Below are positions 40,669 through 55,381 of a stretch of 64,000 bases of DNA, piece after piece. Each line of letters opens with the position of its first letter. The first letter of the stretch is position 1. A program made the position numbers and the translations under genes. The notes under the pieces are model-generated. The model worked only from the letters and a program-made list of their open reading frames with translations. It ran no database searches and was not told the origin of the DNA. Origin of the DNA: Octopus vulgaris (lineage: Eukaryota); the NCBI GenBank assembly GCA_951406725.2, contig OX597828.1:42656001-42720000 (forward strand), read 5' to 3'.

Positions 40669-41519
40669 CTTCATGTTACTTGTCCTGTTTTCCATTTGTT
40701 TCTCTCGTTGTTTGCGATTTGAACTCATTTGTTTTCGTATTTTATGTTGTTTACTGTTGGTGATGTCCTGTACCCATATATGCATATATGCACATATATA
40801 TATATAAATATATGTATTTACCTTTCATCAGCGTGTGACAATCATGATACATGATACGTGATACACCATATATATACATACATACATATATGCATATATA
40901 TATACATATATAATATATATAGTATGTATATTTATACATGCACACACATATTCAACGATTTGACAAGTGTTTTCACACGAGCAACAAAGAGATTCAGGAA
41001 GAATATCTATTATAACCGAGCCTCAAAACTACTATAGTCACACAATAAATGGCGGTCAGAGAACCCCCGCCCCACAAAAAAGGGGTTACTTTGTCTCTAT
41101 ATCTATTCTATATTTGGGAAAAGAGGAAAGGGGTCATTTCGCCCCTATCATCTCCCCAATACATCATTGTACCTATTCTCTCCTACTTTTCCTACCCCTC
41201 TTCCTTCTCTCTATCTCCTACGTGTGTGTGTGTGTGTGTGTGTGTATCTGTCTGTCTGTCTGTCTCTCTGTATACGTATCGTTTAACAGAAAATAATATA
41301 AAATGACACAGATTGTGTGCCATGCAAATACATTATATCCGGTGGAGGCAATCATGCGAAACCCAAGTTGTCTTGTTTTTGGTATTGTCTTTGTTGTTGC
41401 TGTTGCTGTTAACTGTCCTGGTTGTTGTTGTTGTTGTTGGAGATTAGAAAAGAAGAGAAAATGTAATAAAAAATTAAATAAAAATAAAATTAAAAAAACA
41501 GGAAGATGACGAAGATATT

Positions 41520-41823
41520 AGTTGATGATGATGATGATGATGATGAAGATGATGAAAATGATGATGATGATGATGATGATGATGATGGTGATGGTGATGG
41601 TGATGGTGATGGTGATGATGATGATGATGATGATGAGGATGTTGATAATGATGATGATGTTGAGGAGGAGGAAGAGGAGGATCCTAGTGGTGGTGTTGGT
41701 GGTTGTGAAGATGATGGGGATGATGATGCTGGTTGTTGTGATGATGATGCTGGTGATGGTTGTGGTGGTGGTGGTGGTGGTGGTGGTAGTGGTGGTGGTG
41801 AGTTGGCGGTGGCGATACGAAGA

Positions 41824-41857
<34 letters not shown>

Positions 41858-41905
41858 GATAACGATGATGATGATGATGATCAAGATGAGGATGATAATG
41901 ATGGT
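41520..41905. repeat. (GAT)n/(GGT)n compound trinucleotide repeat
   Basis: Visible runs. The poly-D and poly-M ORFs are artefacts. Confidence 0.9.
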
Positions 41906-42218
41906 AAAAATAAAAATGGAAGAAGTAAATGTAGAAGAAGCTAGAAGGAAAAGGAAAAAGAAAGAGATAGAAAAACAGAAAAATACAAGAGAGGAAAAAA
42001 AGAAGACGAAGAAGAAAAAGAAAAAGAAGAAGACGAAGAAAAAGAAGAAGACGAAGAAGAAGAAGAAGAAGAAGAAGAAGAAGAAGAAGAAGACGAAGAA
42101 GAAGAAGAAGAAGATAAGATGTAAAAGAAGACGATAAAAACGAAGAAAGCGAAGGAAGAGGAGATGAAGAGGGAGGAGGGGAGGAAGAGGAGGGGGGAAA
42201 TAATAATAAGAAGAATTG

Positions 42219-43370
42219 GAAGAAGAAGAAGAAGAAGAAGACGAAGAAGAAGAAGAAGAAGAAGAAGAAGAAGAAGAAGAAGAAGAAGAAGAAGAAGAAG
42301 AAGAAGAAGAAGAAGAAGAAGAAGAAGAAGAAGAAGAAGAAGAAGAAGAAGAAGAAGAAGAAGAAGAAGAAGAAGAAGAAGAAGAAGAAGAAGAAGAAGA
42401 AGAAGAAGAAGAAGAAGAAGAAGAAGAAGAAGAAGAAGAAGAAGAAGAAGAAGAAGAAGAAGAAGAAGAAGAAGAAGAAGAAGAAGAAGAAGAAGAAGAA
42501 GAAGAAGAAGAAGAAGAAGAAGAAGAAGAAGAAGAAGAAGAAGAAGAAGAAGAAGAAGAAGAAGAAGAAGAAGAAGAAGAAGAAGAAGAAGAAGAAGAAG
42601 AAGAAGAAGAAGAAGAAGAAGAAGAAGAAGAAGAAGAAGAAGAAGAAGAAGAAGAAGAAGAAGAAGAAGAAGAAGAAGAAGAAGAAGAAGAAGAAGAAGA
42701 AGAAGAAGAAGAAGAAGAAGAAGAAGAAGAAGAAGAAGAAGAAGAAGAAGAAGAAGAAGAAGAAGAAGAAGAAGAAGAAGAAGAAGAAGAAGAAGAAGAA
42801 GAAGAAGAAGAAGAAGAAGAAGAAGAAGAAGAAGAAGAAGAAGAAGAAGAAGAAGAAGAAGAAGAAGAAGAAGAAGAAGAAGAAGAAGAAGAAGAAGAAG
42901 AAGAAGAAGAAGAAGAAGAAGAAGAAGAAGAAGAAGAAGAAGAAGAAGAAGAAGAAGAAGAAGAAGAAGAAGAAGAAGAAGAAGAAGAAGAAGAAGAAGA
43001 AGAAGAAGAAGAAGAAGAAGAAGAAGAAGAAGAAGAAGAAGAAGAAGAAGAAGAAGAAGAAGAAGAAGAAGAAGAAGAAGAAGAAGAAGAAGAAGAAGAA
43101 GAAGAAGAAGAAGAAGAAGAAGAAGAAGAAGAAGAAGAAGAAGAAGAAGAAGAAGAAGAAGAAGAAGAAGAAGAAGAAGAAGAAGAAGAAGAAGAAGAAG
43201 AAGAAGAAGAAGAAGAGACTCCTTGGAGAAGAAGAAGAAGAAGAAGAAGAAGAAGAAGAAGAAGAAGAAGAAGAAGAAGAAGAAGAAGAAGAAGAAGAAG
43301 AAGAAGAAGAAGAAGAAGAAGAAGAAGAAGAAGAAGAAGAAGAAGAAGAAGAAGAAGAAGAAGAAGAAGA
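42219..43370. repeat. ~1.15-kb (GAA)n tract
   Basis: Near-perfect GAA run, interrupted by GACTCCTTG at ~43217. Confidence 0.97.
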
Positions 43371-44008
43371 GACTCCTTGTTTAGGGGAAGCTAGTTTTGG
43401 TACCGAGTTAACCTGAAATCGAAACTCCTCCTTGAAATCGGAAACGTACTCATTGGTAGGGGTCACTGCTGATGGTTTAGGGAATCAAAAACAACAACAA
43501 CCACAAAAGGGCGCAAAAAAGGGAACAAAAACAATAAAATAACAAAAAAGTAAATATGAAATAAAAACATCATTTAGGGAGATGGAAACTAAAAAAAATT
43601 TAGGTTTGTCTGGCGAGACCCCTTCAAGTGGAAGGCTTGTAAGGGCATGTATGTGTTAGTGTGTGTATATAAGTATGTGTGTGTATGTGTGTCTGTGTGT
43701 GTATATTGGCGTGTGGATGTGTTTGTGTGAGTTTGTCAGAGTTAGTTTTATGAGTTAGGGTCTGAACGTGTATGTGAGAGAGTGTGTGAATATGTGTGGG
43801 TGACTATGTGTTTCCATGTTGAGTGTACGCATGTGTGTGTATGTTGAATGTGTGTGCGCGTGTATATGTGTGTAGCGTGTGTATGTGTGTGCGGGAATGT
43901 GAGTTTCTAACACTGTATATACGAGTATTTCTGACTGTGTTCGTATCAACTGGTTAGTCGCTTCAAACAAGGCTTCTCTGCAATATACGCGTATGTGTAT
44001 GTATGTGC

Positions 44009-44069
<61 letters not shown>

Positions 44070-44071
44070 CT

Positions 44072-44238
44072 TAGGCACAGGTGTGGCTGTGTGGTAAGCA
44101 ACTTGCTTCCTAACCACATGCTCCTGGGATCAGTCCCACTGGGTGGCACCTTGGGCAAGTGTCTTCTACTATATCCTCGGACTCTCCAAAGCTCTTGTGA
44201 GTTGATTTGGTAGGCGGAAACTGAAAAAAGCCCATTGT

Positions 44239-44318
<80 letters not shown>

Positions 44319-45130
44319 CGTGAGTCGAAAAGTAATGCCATTTTATTTAGGACAGGTATAATTACCAACACAGGAACATGTATCATACATCAAAATGAAG
44401 CTGGTCCTCTGTGGATCACATCCCTACTCCTCAACATAGTCACCGTTTCTCTCAATAGCAATGTTCCACCTTCGAATGAGAGCATGTATCCCTGCTCCGT
44501 AAAATTCGGACTGGCCCCCCTCTCCAGTTCTTTGCGCCACTTCTTCATTACAGTTTTCACTTCCTCGTCACTGCAATAATGTTTACCTCTCAAATTCTCT
44601 TTCATGGGGCCGAAGAGATGATAGTCTGAAGGCGCTAAATTATTCCAGTGACGAGGGAGTGAAAACCGTAGTGAAGAAGTAGCTCAAAGAACGGTCAACA
44701 GAATTTTACGGGGCAGGGATACTTGCTCTCATTCGAAGGTGGAACATTGCTATTGAGAGAAATAATGACTATGTTGAGAAGTAGGGATGTGATCCACAGT
44801 GGACCAGCTTCATTTTGCTGTATGATACATGTTACTGTGTTGACAATTATACTTGTCCTAAACAAAATGGCATTACTTTTTGACTTACCCTCGTATAGCT
44901 ATGTTTGCGTTTGTGTCTATGTTTGTCCCCCACCCTCCATCGCTTGACAACCGATAATGGTGTGTTTACGTCTGTACAACATTAGCAGTTCTGCTAAAGA
45001 TATCGATAGAATAAGTATTAGGCTTACAAACAGTAAGTCCGGGGGTAATTTGTTCGACTGAAACACATTTAGGCGGTGCTCCAGCATGGCTGCAGTCTAA
45101 TATCGGGATTGAAACAAGTAACAGAGTGAC
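44072..45130 (+). mobile_element. SINE family A copy interrupted by a mariner fold-back
   Basis: Head at 44072-44238. The 3' body resumes at ~44900. Confidence 0.75.
44319..44893. mobile_element. Mariner-derived fold-back element made of two 3' ends
   Basis: ~250-bp inverted arms, TIR ending ..GACTTACCCTCG|TA. Minus strand reads LAPSDYHLFGPMKENLRGKHY (YSPDLAPxDY motif). Confidence 0.85.
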
Positions 45131-45294
45131 GAAGTATGTATTTCTGACTGTTTGTATTAATTCCTTTCTACTTTAGTCCGAAATTTTTGGAGAGGGGGCC
45201 AGTCGATTAGATCGACTCCAGTACGCAACGGATACATAATTTATCGACCCCGGAAAAGGATGAAGTGAACCTGGGCGGAATTTGAACTCAGAAC

Positions 45295-45947
45295 GGGTTC
45301 AGTCCCACTGCGTGGCATCTTGGGCAAATGTCTTCTGCTATAGCCTCGGGCCGACCAATGCCTTGTGAGTGGATTTGGTAGACGGAAACTGAAAGAAGCC
45401 TGTCGTATATATGTATATATATGTGTGTGTATGTGTGTGTGTATATGTTTGCGTGTCTGTGTTTGTCGCCCTAGCATTGCTTGACAACCGATGCTGGTGT
45501 GTTTACGTCCCCGTCACTTAGCGGTTTGGCAAAAGAAACCGATAGAATAAGTACTGGGCTTACAAAAGAATAAGTCACCGGGGTCGAGTTGCTCGATTAA
45601 AGGGGGTGCTCCAGCATGGCTGCAGTCAAATGACTGAAACAAGTAAAAGAGAGTTAAAAGAGTATATAATTCAAAACGAAATTGCTTTTGGACAAACCAT
45701 TTATATCTTTATCTTTTACTTGTTTCAGTCATTAGACTGCAGCCATGCTAGGACGCCGCCTTGAAGAATTCATAGTCGAATGAATCAACCTCTGGGTTTT
45801 TTATTTTTAAACCTGGTACTTTATACCCTACTCTCTTTTCCTGAACCGCTATGTTACGGAGAACACCGATACCGGTCCTCAAGCTGTGGGGTGGGGGAAC
45901 ACACGCACACACAGACACAAACACACACACACACACACACACACACG

Positions 45948-46013
<66 letters not shown>

Positions 46014-46237
46014 TTCTTTACTCTTTTTATTCTTTTACTTGTTTCAGTCATTTGACTGCGGAAATGCTGGAGCACCCCCTTCAATCGAGCAACTCGACTC
46101 CGGGACTTATTCTTTTGTAAGCCCAGTACTTATTCTATCGGTCTATTTTGCCGAACCGCTAAGTAACGGGGACATAAACACACCAGCATCGGTTGTCAAG
46201 CAATACTAGGGGGACAAACACAGACATACAAACACAG

Positions 46238-46304
<67 letters not shown>

Positions 46305-46470
46305 TACGACGGGCTTCTTTCAGTTTCCGTCTACCAAATCCACTCACAAGGCTTTGGTCGGCCCGAGGCTATAGTAGAAGACACTTGTCCAAGGTGCCAC
46401 GCAGTAGGACTGAACCCGGAACCATGTGGTTGGTAAACAAGCTACTTACCACACAGCCACTCCTGCGCCT
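45295..46470. mobile_element. Cluster of SINE family A copies (45295-45660 +; 45710-45900 -; 46030-46470 -)
   Basis: Matches to family A in both orientations. Confidence 0.8.
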
Positions 46471-47278
46471 ATACGACGGGCTTTTTTTAAAGTTTCCGTC
46501 TACAAAATCCACTAACAAGGCTTTGCTAAGCCCGAAACACATTTGGAAGAAACAGGAACCACTTTTCCTTTGTTTTTCGTAAACTTTGTTTTTAACCCCC
46601 GTCTAAGATCTTAGTCCGAAACGTAAGAATTCCCTTTTTCCGTCGCAGTCACTTAACTGAGCTGGGTTTTTTGGGGTTTTTTTTGTGGAATTCCACTAAG
46701 GTCAAGATAAACGCCATTAGTTTCCCAAAACTGTAGCACTTTACGATGTAACGGTTCAAAGAGATAGATATGTTGTCTCATAAATACTCGTAGTGGAGTG
46801 GGAGAGGGCAACGGAGACAGATAACTAAGACGTTGTACACCAATTAATCATCATAATCGCTTCAGAAACATTTCAAGCAGCGCTCACTTTCTTTATTTTC
46901 TTATCTCTGGCTTTTGAGCAGCTTGTCTCAGCCCCTAAAACCTCCCGAGGTGAAAAGGGCGGGAGAGGCATACCCTCCCCTCTGCCCGACAGTGACGGGG
47001 ATACTAACAACTACTGCTGGTTTACCTTCACATTAATGCAGGTATGTATGTATGTATGTATGTATGTATGTATGTATGTATGTATGTATGTATGTATGTA
47101 TGTATGTATGTATGTATGTGTGTATGCATGAATGCGTGTATGTATGCATGTATGTACGTATCTATATATGTATGTATCGATTCTCTCCCTTTCTCTCTCT
47201 GTCTATCTCTCTTTCAATATATATATAGACACACACATGTATATAAATGTGTGTGTATGTATCTATAAACACTTGTAT

Positions 47279-47355
<77 letters not shown>

Positions 47356-47438
47356 GGTCCCGGGTTGATTCGGGGTTAACCACAGTAAGTAAGGTACTCA
47401 ATACATAGCAGAGTAAAATTAATTTATTATATAGAAGG

Positions 47439-47489
47439 AGCTTCTACAGGACTAGTACTGTTTCATTCAAGAGAAATCTTCAGGAAGCT
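47439..47489 (-). ncRNA. Type I hammerhead ribozyme motif (mirror of 52197-52247)
   Basis: Exact reverse complement of the 52197-52247 motif. Confidence 0.7.
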
Positions 47490-47813
47490 ATTTAACAAGA
47501 ATTGTATTAGCATTTATACATTTAGGCAGGTTTAAAGGAGTGGTAGTGGGGGACTTTTTGGGGGGTAGGCATAGCGCAAAAATATCATACTTGGGGGAGT
47601 GGTCAAGGAGTCAGTGGTAAGTTAGATGAAAGAATAGATAAATAAAAAAATAAAAAAATAAAAAATAATATATAAAAAAAATATATATATAAAAATATAT
47701 ATATAAAAAAAGGGGGGATAGAGTTATAGGTAAATAAGGAGATTCTCACTTATACGTATACACACATGTATACGTATCTACACACACATATATATATATA
47801 CACATACATATAT

Positions 47814-47852
<39 letters not shown>

Positions 47853-48726
47853 CACATATACACACATACATACATATCTACATACACACATACATACACC
47901 CGCCCACATATACAAATTTATACACATGCACATGCCTATACCTGTCTACACATACACACACGTACATATGCATACACTCACTCCCATGCATGCACGCATA
48001 CACACATGTATATATATATATATACCCACGACCACACATACATATATACACATAAAAATATATATTCATACGCACATACACTCATGCACACACAACACAC
48101 CTAGTTCCCTATATACACATATTTACACCTATATATACATACACCCACATACACCTATGTACATATATATATATATAAACATATACACGCATACATATAT
48201 ATACATGTGTGCACATACATACATACACACATATATACATACACATACACATACACATGTGTACCTATACATACCTACACATACACACATACATACATAC
48301 AAATACATATATACATATATATATATACAATCCAATACAGGCCCATTCCCTAATTTTAATTTTATTATCTTCATTTATTACTTTTGTTATCTTTGATCGC
48401 TAGAGCTAAGAATCCTGGCAATGGCTGCATGTCCATTTGTCTGTCTACTAGAAGGCAAGTACTCATTCCCGCACGCACACTCATTAGCACGTACATTCAC
48501 CCATTCGTACACTCATACACATACACGTACGCACGCGTTATATTCATACATACAAACATCTACATACGTTCACGTATATACACATACGTACTCGTACCTA
48601 CAGATTCGTGTCTACACTTTAGGAGGCTAGTCTATACATATACACCAATAAATATACATATATATATATATATACACACATATACATACACACACACACA
48701 TATATACTCCTACATACAGATACATA

Positions 48727-48778
<52 letters not shown>

Positions 48779-48958
48779 CATACACATACACACATACATA
48801 TACACACACATACATACACATATATATACATACGCAAACATATATACACACATATATATATACATACACACATACACACATACATACGTATACATACATA
48901 CATACATCCATACATCCATACTTACATGCATTTATACGCATACACACACCCATCTATA

Positions 48959-48995
<37 letters not shown>

Positions 48996-49276
48996 TCACA
49001 CATACATATACAAATCTACGCACACACATACATACATACACGTATACACATACACGCACATACACATATGCATGCGTACCCATACACGTGCACACACGCA
49101 CGCGCATCCATATATATACACACACACACACATATATATACACGTGTGCAAGCATATATACATACTCATACGCGCACACATACTTACATATACATATATG
49201 CACACAGTTACGCACATATATATATACATACACATATACATGCATACATACATATATGCATACATACACACACGCA

Positions 49277-49334
<58 letters not shown>

Positions 49335-49485
49335 CACATACATACACATACACATACATACACACATATACACACATACATATATACATATATACACATA
49401 TACACATACATATATACACATATACATACATATACATACACACACACATACATATATACATATACACTGATACACATACCCATAC

Positions 49486-49516
<31 letters not shown>

Positions 49517-49612
49517 TATACACATGCATATACTTATATCACTACATACTCACATATATAAACATATATACATATACACACATACATATATACATGTACA
49601 TACACATACGTA

Positions 49613-49678
<66 letters not shown>

Positions 49679-50324
49679 TATACACATATACATGTATACA
49701 TACGCAAAACTGATACACATATATACACATACACACACACAGACAGATGCATATACATACATATATATATATATAAACTACATATCTATATAAATACATA
49801 CATAATACACATATACACACACATATATATACATTCATGCATATACATATACAAGTATACATACACATACATACACACACACGCGCACACATACATATAC
49901 ACACACACATATACAAATACATACATACACACATACACACACACATATATATATATATATACATGTACACATATACATATATATATATATCAACAAGGGA
50001 GGGTAAAGTTAATTAGTTATTAATCAATTTCATCAAGTGTTCAGTATGTAAAGGGACCATTATTATTTTGAGTAAACAATGTTAGAGGGAAAAAAATTCT
50101 CTAAGAAGTGGAAGAGGCTAAAAAACTTTATTGGCTGCTATTTCTAGAAAGTTTAGTATGTGGCAAAGTAATTTATTTTATTTTACTAAGCCCTAATTAT
50201 ATAATATTTTATACATACATACACATACATAAGCACATACATTTACACATACATATGCATATACATATATACACATATACATACAAACACATATACACAT
50301 GTACACACACACACACATACAAGC

Positions 50325-50363
<39 letters not shown>

Positions 50364-50899
50364 AATATATATACATATATATTTTTACATGCATACATAC
50401 ACACACACACACATAATACATGCGTATATTCCTACTGTACCCATGCATTTCTATACATATATACATACATACGATACACATATACAAGCGTGCACATATA
50501 ATATGTGAAAGGTCTTAGGAGAAAAGGTAATCGGGGGTGCTAGGGGAACAGTGGGGTTGGGGGGGGGGTTGTAGGGGGGGGGGGGTTTGTAGGGGGGTTT
50601 GTAGGGGGGGGGTTGTCATCAATCAGGTTGCCGGGTAGGTCTATAGTTCTTGTAGTTCGCATACTTCTTATGCATGCAATTTGGGGAGTGTTCTATATAT
50701 ATATATATATATACATATATATAGATGGGTGTGTGTATGCGTATAAATGCATGTAAGTATGGATGTATGGATGTATGTATGTATGTATACGTATGTATGT
50801 GTGTATGTGTGTATGTATATATATATGTGTGTATATATGTTTGCGTATGTATATATATGTGTATGTATGTGTGTGTATATGTATGTGTGTATGTGTATG

Positions 50900-50951
<52 letters not shown>

Positions 50952-51825
50952 TATGTATCTGTATGTAGGAGTATATATGTGTGTGTGTGTATGTATATGT
51001 GTGTATATATATATATATATGTATATTTATTGGTGTATATGTATAGACTAGCCTCCTAAAGTGTAGACACGAATCTGTAGGTACGAGTACGTATGTGTAT
51101 ATACGTGAACGTATGTAGATGTTTGTATGTATGAATATAACGCGTGCGTACGTGTATGTGTATGAGTGTACGAATGGGTGAATGTACGTGCTAATGAGTG
51201 TGCGTGCGGGAATGAGTACTTGCCTTCTAGTAGACAGACAAATGGACATGCAGCCATTGCCAGGATTCTTAGCTCTAGCGATCAAAGATAACAAAAGTAA
51301 TAAATGAAGATAATAAAATTAAAATTAGGGAATGGGCCTGTATTGGATTGTATATATATATATGTATATATGTATTTGTATGTATGTATGTGTGTATGTG
51401 TAGGTATGTATAGGTACACATGTGTATGTGTATGTGTATGTATATATGTGTGTATGTATGTATGTGCACACATGTATATATATGTATGCGTGTATATGTT
51501 TATATATATATATATGTACATAGGTGTATGTGGGTGTATGTATATATAGGTGTAAATATGTGTATATAGGGAACTAGGTGTGTTGTGTGTGCATGAGTGT
51601 ATGTGCGTATGAATATATATTTTTATGTGTATATATGTATGTGTGGTCGTGGGTATATATATATATATACATGTGTGTATGCGTGCATGCATGGGAGTGA
51701 GTGTATGCATATGTACGTGTGTGTATGTGTAGACAGGTATAGGCATGTGCATGTGTATAAATTTGTATATGTGGGCGGGTGTATGTATGTGTGTATGTAG
51801 ATATGTATGTATGTGTGTATATGTG

Positions 51826-51874
<49 letters not shown>

Positions 51875-52196
51875 ATATATATATGTGTATATATATATAT
51901 GTGTGTGTAGATACGTATACATGTGTGTATACGTATAAGTGAGAATCTCCTTATTTACCTATAACTCTATCCCCCCTTTTTTTATATATATATTTTTATA
52001 TATATATTTTTTTTATATATATTTTTTATTTTTTTATTTTTTTATTTATCTATTCTTTCATCTAACTTACCACTGACTCCTTGACCACTCCCCAAGTATG
52101 ATATTTTTGCGCTATGCCTACCCCCCAAAAAGTCCCCCACTACCACTCCTTTAAACCTGCCTAAATGTATAAATGCTAATACAATTCTTGTTAAAT

Positions 52197-52247
52197 AGCT
52201 TCCTGAAGATTTCTCTTGAATGAAACAGTACTAGTCCTGTAGAAGCT
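52197..52247 (+). ncRNA. Type I hammerhead ribozyme motif
   Basis: AGCTTC-CTGAAGA-T-TTC(TCTT)GAA-T-GAAA-CAG(TACTAGTC)CTG-TA-GAAGCT: 6-bp stem I, GUA cleavage triplet, 10.1/11.1 mismatch. Confidence 0.7.
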
Positions 52248-52313
52248 CCTTCTATATAATAAATATATATATATATATATATATACACATACATACTTAC
52301 ATATATATATACT

Positions 52314-52345
<32 letters not shown>

Positions 52346-52425
52346 CATGTATATTTTATATGTATATATATATTTGTAAGTATGTATATATATATATGCA
52401 TGTATATATATATATATGTATAAAT

Positions 52426-52497
<72 letters not shown>

Positions 52498-52629
52498 ATA
52501 TACGTATGCAAATGTATATATAGTAAGTTATAGAAAAACAAAAGACGAAGACAGAGGTGTCAACAACATGCAGGTGTATCGGTTTATGTTTCGAGCCTAT
52601 GCTCTTCAACAGAAATATATATATACATA

Positions 52630-52688
<59 letters not shown>

Positions 52689-52937
52689 GTGTGTTTGTGT
52701 GTGAGTGTTTGTGTGTGTCTGTGCGTGTGTGTGTGTGTGTATATACTTACCATACACCCACTCCTATAGATATATAATTATATAGATATAATTAGAATTA
52801 AAGTTATTGAGAAACGGCACCAACATGCTAGAAAGAGCTGTCAAACGACTCTAAAACTACATCAAGCACTCCATTAACATTGGCTGAAAGCGGGTTAATG
52901 AATAAAAAAGATTTAGCAAAGTTTTTCAGAGTTTAAG

Positions 52938-52996
52938 TCTAGATCGAACGATTTCTGGCTTAGTAATATAATAATTACTTTGCCTTCGTCAGTAGA
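52938..52996 (-). ncRNA. Type I hammerhead ribozyme motif
   Basis: Minus TCTA-CTGACGA-A-GGC..AGTAAT(TATTAT)ATTACT..GCC-A-GAAA-TCGTTCGA-TC-TAGA. Near-palindromic stem III. Confidence 0.65.
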
Positions 52997-53134
52997 ATAT
53001 ACGAAAATAGTAAATAAATGCAAAGATATAAACATACTCATACAAATACATACATACATGCATACATACATACATACATACATACATACATACATACATA
53101 CATACATACATACATACATACATACATACATACA

Positions 53135-53180
<46 letters not shown>

Positions 53181-53205
53181 TGATGGGGTACCAACTTTGC
53201 TTGCT

Positions 53206-53244
<39 letters not shown>

Positions 53245-53249
<5 letters not shown>

Positions 53250-53440
53250 AGAGAGTTCACAAAAAAAAACAAAGGACGAAGACAGGTGGTGTATAAAAAC
53301 AAGCAGGTGTATAGTATAACGCTCAGTAATTGAAAAAGTCTTTTACGTTTCGAGCCTACGCTCTTCTACAGAAAAGGACACAGAAGAAAAAAACAAGGAG
53401 AGAAAAAATGTGTGTAGTGGCTACCGATCTATCATGGCTA
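53245..53440 (-). mobile_element. Family H1 copy (variant HHR, CUGUAGA)
   Basis: Minus CTTTTCTGTAGAAGAGCGTAGGCTCGAAACGTAAAAGAC. Adjoins (TA)n. Confidence 0.6.
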
Positions 53441-54456
53441 TATTCACACATTCACACGTATATACGAGGTAAATCCCATTATTCATCTCAACCTTGTGTG
53501 TTTTTGATCAAAATAATACCGCAGTGAATATAATGATTGCTGTGAATAAATATAATGTAATTTATATATGTTTACACATAATTAAGGATAACATCATTAC
53601 AAAAATAACGACCCTATCAGTGGCCGACATGTAATAAAAGCCATATAGGTAAGAATTTATTTATTTTGATTTGACATATTGTGAATACGCATGCCCTAGT
53701 GGTGAAGATATTGAGTCATGTTCGAAAGATCATGGCTTCAACTGTAAACGAATGCCCAGCAATAGATGAGAAATTATCCGTTGGACTGACTAGTGTCCTA
53801 TTGAGGAGCAGAGACTTGTAATCTCATCACCATGCACACCGCGGAAACCGGGTTATGAGGTCAGCATTACGAGTCCAAAAGGGCCCACGACAAAGCTAAA
53901 TCCTAAAGACGTAGTATCGCCTTTTTAGTTCTCTGGATTAATGACTCCTTTCAAGTGTGGATCCTTGCCCTTGTTTGAAACGAAATATAAAAATTAATTC
54001 CTATCAAATCTTTGTTCCTGGTAGGTTCATATGTAGCTTGTCGTCGTCGTCGGACGAGAACTTCAAAGGAGAATCATTAAAAAGAGGAAGAAAAAAGAAG
54101 GAAGAAAAAAGAAGGAAGAAAGATACACAAAAATAACACGCAAAATATGGTGGTTGTTGTTTATTTAAAGCATCATCCCACCACTGATAGCAAAGACAGG
54201 CTCTAGAGCCATGTTATTGTTGCTGTTGTTGCTGTTGCTGTTCTTTTCCTGTTAGGTTTTTCTCTTACGAAGCCGAGTCCAAAATTACAGCAAACAACGC
54301 AAACCTTCCAGCCATACACCAGATGGAACATTCATTCATTCATAAGAGAAATAATCAAAAGAAAACTTCCATGATAATATCCTCCTCACCAAGCGAGTAA
54401 ACAAACAGCACCAAGTTAGAAAGAGGTCTTTCCCCTCCCTCACGCCGCAGCGGCAA

Positions 54457-54983
54457 CCCGCCACCGCCACTACCACCACCGCCACGACCACCATCACTAC
54501 CATCACTATCACCACCACCATCACCACAACCATCACCACCACTACCACCACAACCATCACCTCCACCACCAGCACCCTCACCCTCACCACCACCACCATC
54601 ACCATCACCGCCACCGCCACCACACCATCACCATCACCAACATCACCACCACCATCACCACCACCATCACCACCATCACCACCGCCACCATCACCACCAC
54701 CACAACCATCACCACCACCACTACCACCACCATCACCACCACCACTACCACCATCATCACCACCGCCACCATCACCACCACCGCCACCATCACCACCACC
54801 GCCACCATCACCACCACCACTACCACCACCACCACCACCACCATCACCACCGCCACCACTACCACCACCACAACCATCACCACCACCACCACCACCACCA
54901 CCACCACCACCACCACCACCACCACCACCACCACCACCACCACCATCACCATCACCACCATAACCACCATCACCACCAACAAC
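54457..54983. repeat. (CAC/CAT)n degenerate trinucleotide repeat
   Basis: Visible run. Confidence 0.95.
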
Positions 54984-55289
54984 CAGAGCGTGAATACGGA
55001 TGAATTACCGCTAAGCATTTAACCCCGGCCTATTAAAGATTCTGCCAGTTCGCAGCCTTTAAGAAAAAAGTAATATTCGTTTCACATTTTGGCAGAAGGC
55101 CAGCAATTTAGGAGGAGGATGTAAGTTGGTTGCACCGACTGCAGTGTTCAACTGGTACTTATTTTATCGACCCCGTAAAATTGCAAGGCAAAGTCAACCT
55201 CGGCGACATTTGAACTCAGAACGTAAAGACGGGTGAAATGCTGCTAAGCGTTTCGACCGTTGTGCCAAGGATTCTACCAGCTTGCCGCC

Positions 55290-55381
<92 letters not shown>

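Larger units (their letters stand above)
47353..52264 (-). mobile_element. Microsatellite-rich Penelope-like insertion with ~1.56-kb inverted terminal arms
   Basis: 47422-~48985 is the reverse complement of ~50693-52264 (mirror-image ORFs in the track). Each arm ends in an HHR plus AATAAA. The left end has an extra ~69-nt tail. Both flanks are (TA)n. Confidence 0.7.

Noticed and set aside
41490-43466. Long ORFs of 658, 406 and 392 aa (poly-F, poly-R, poly-E)
   Set aside because: These are translations of (GAA)n and (GAT)n microsatellites.
46595-46640. Hairpin plus CCGAAACGTA resembling a hammerhead half (similar case at ~10105-10165, minus strand)
   Set aside because: The CUGANGA strand is missing or out of register, so at most this is a decayed remnant.
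48384-49793. 469-aa ORF and its mirror at 50668-51294
   Set aside because: Low-complexity CA/TA translation. The mirror exists only because of the inverted duplication.
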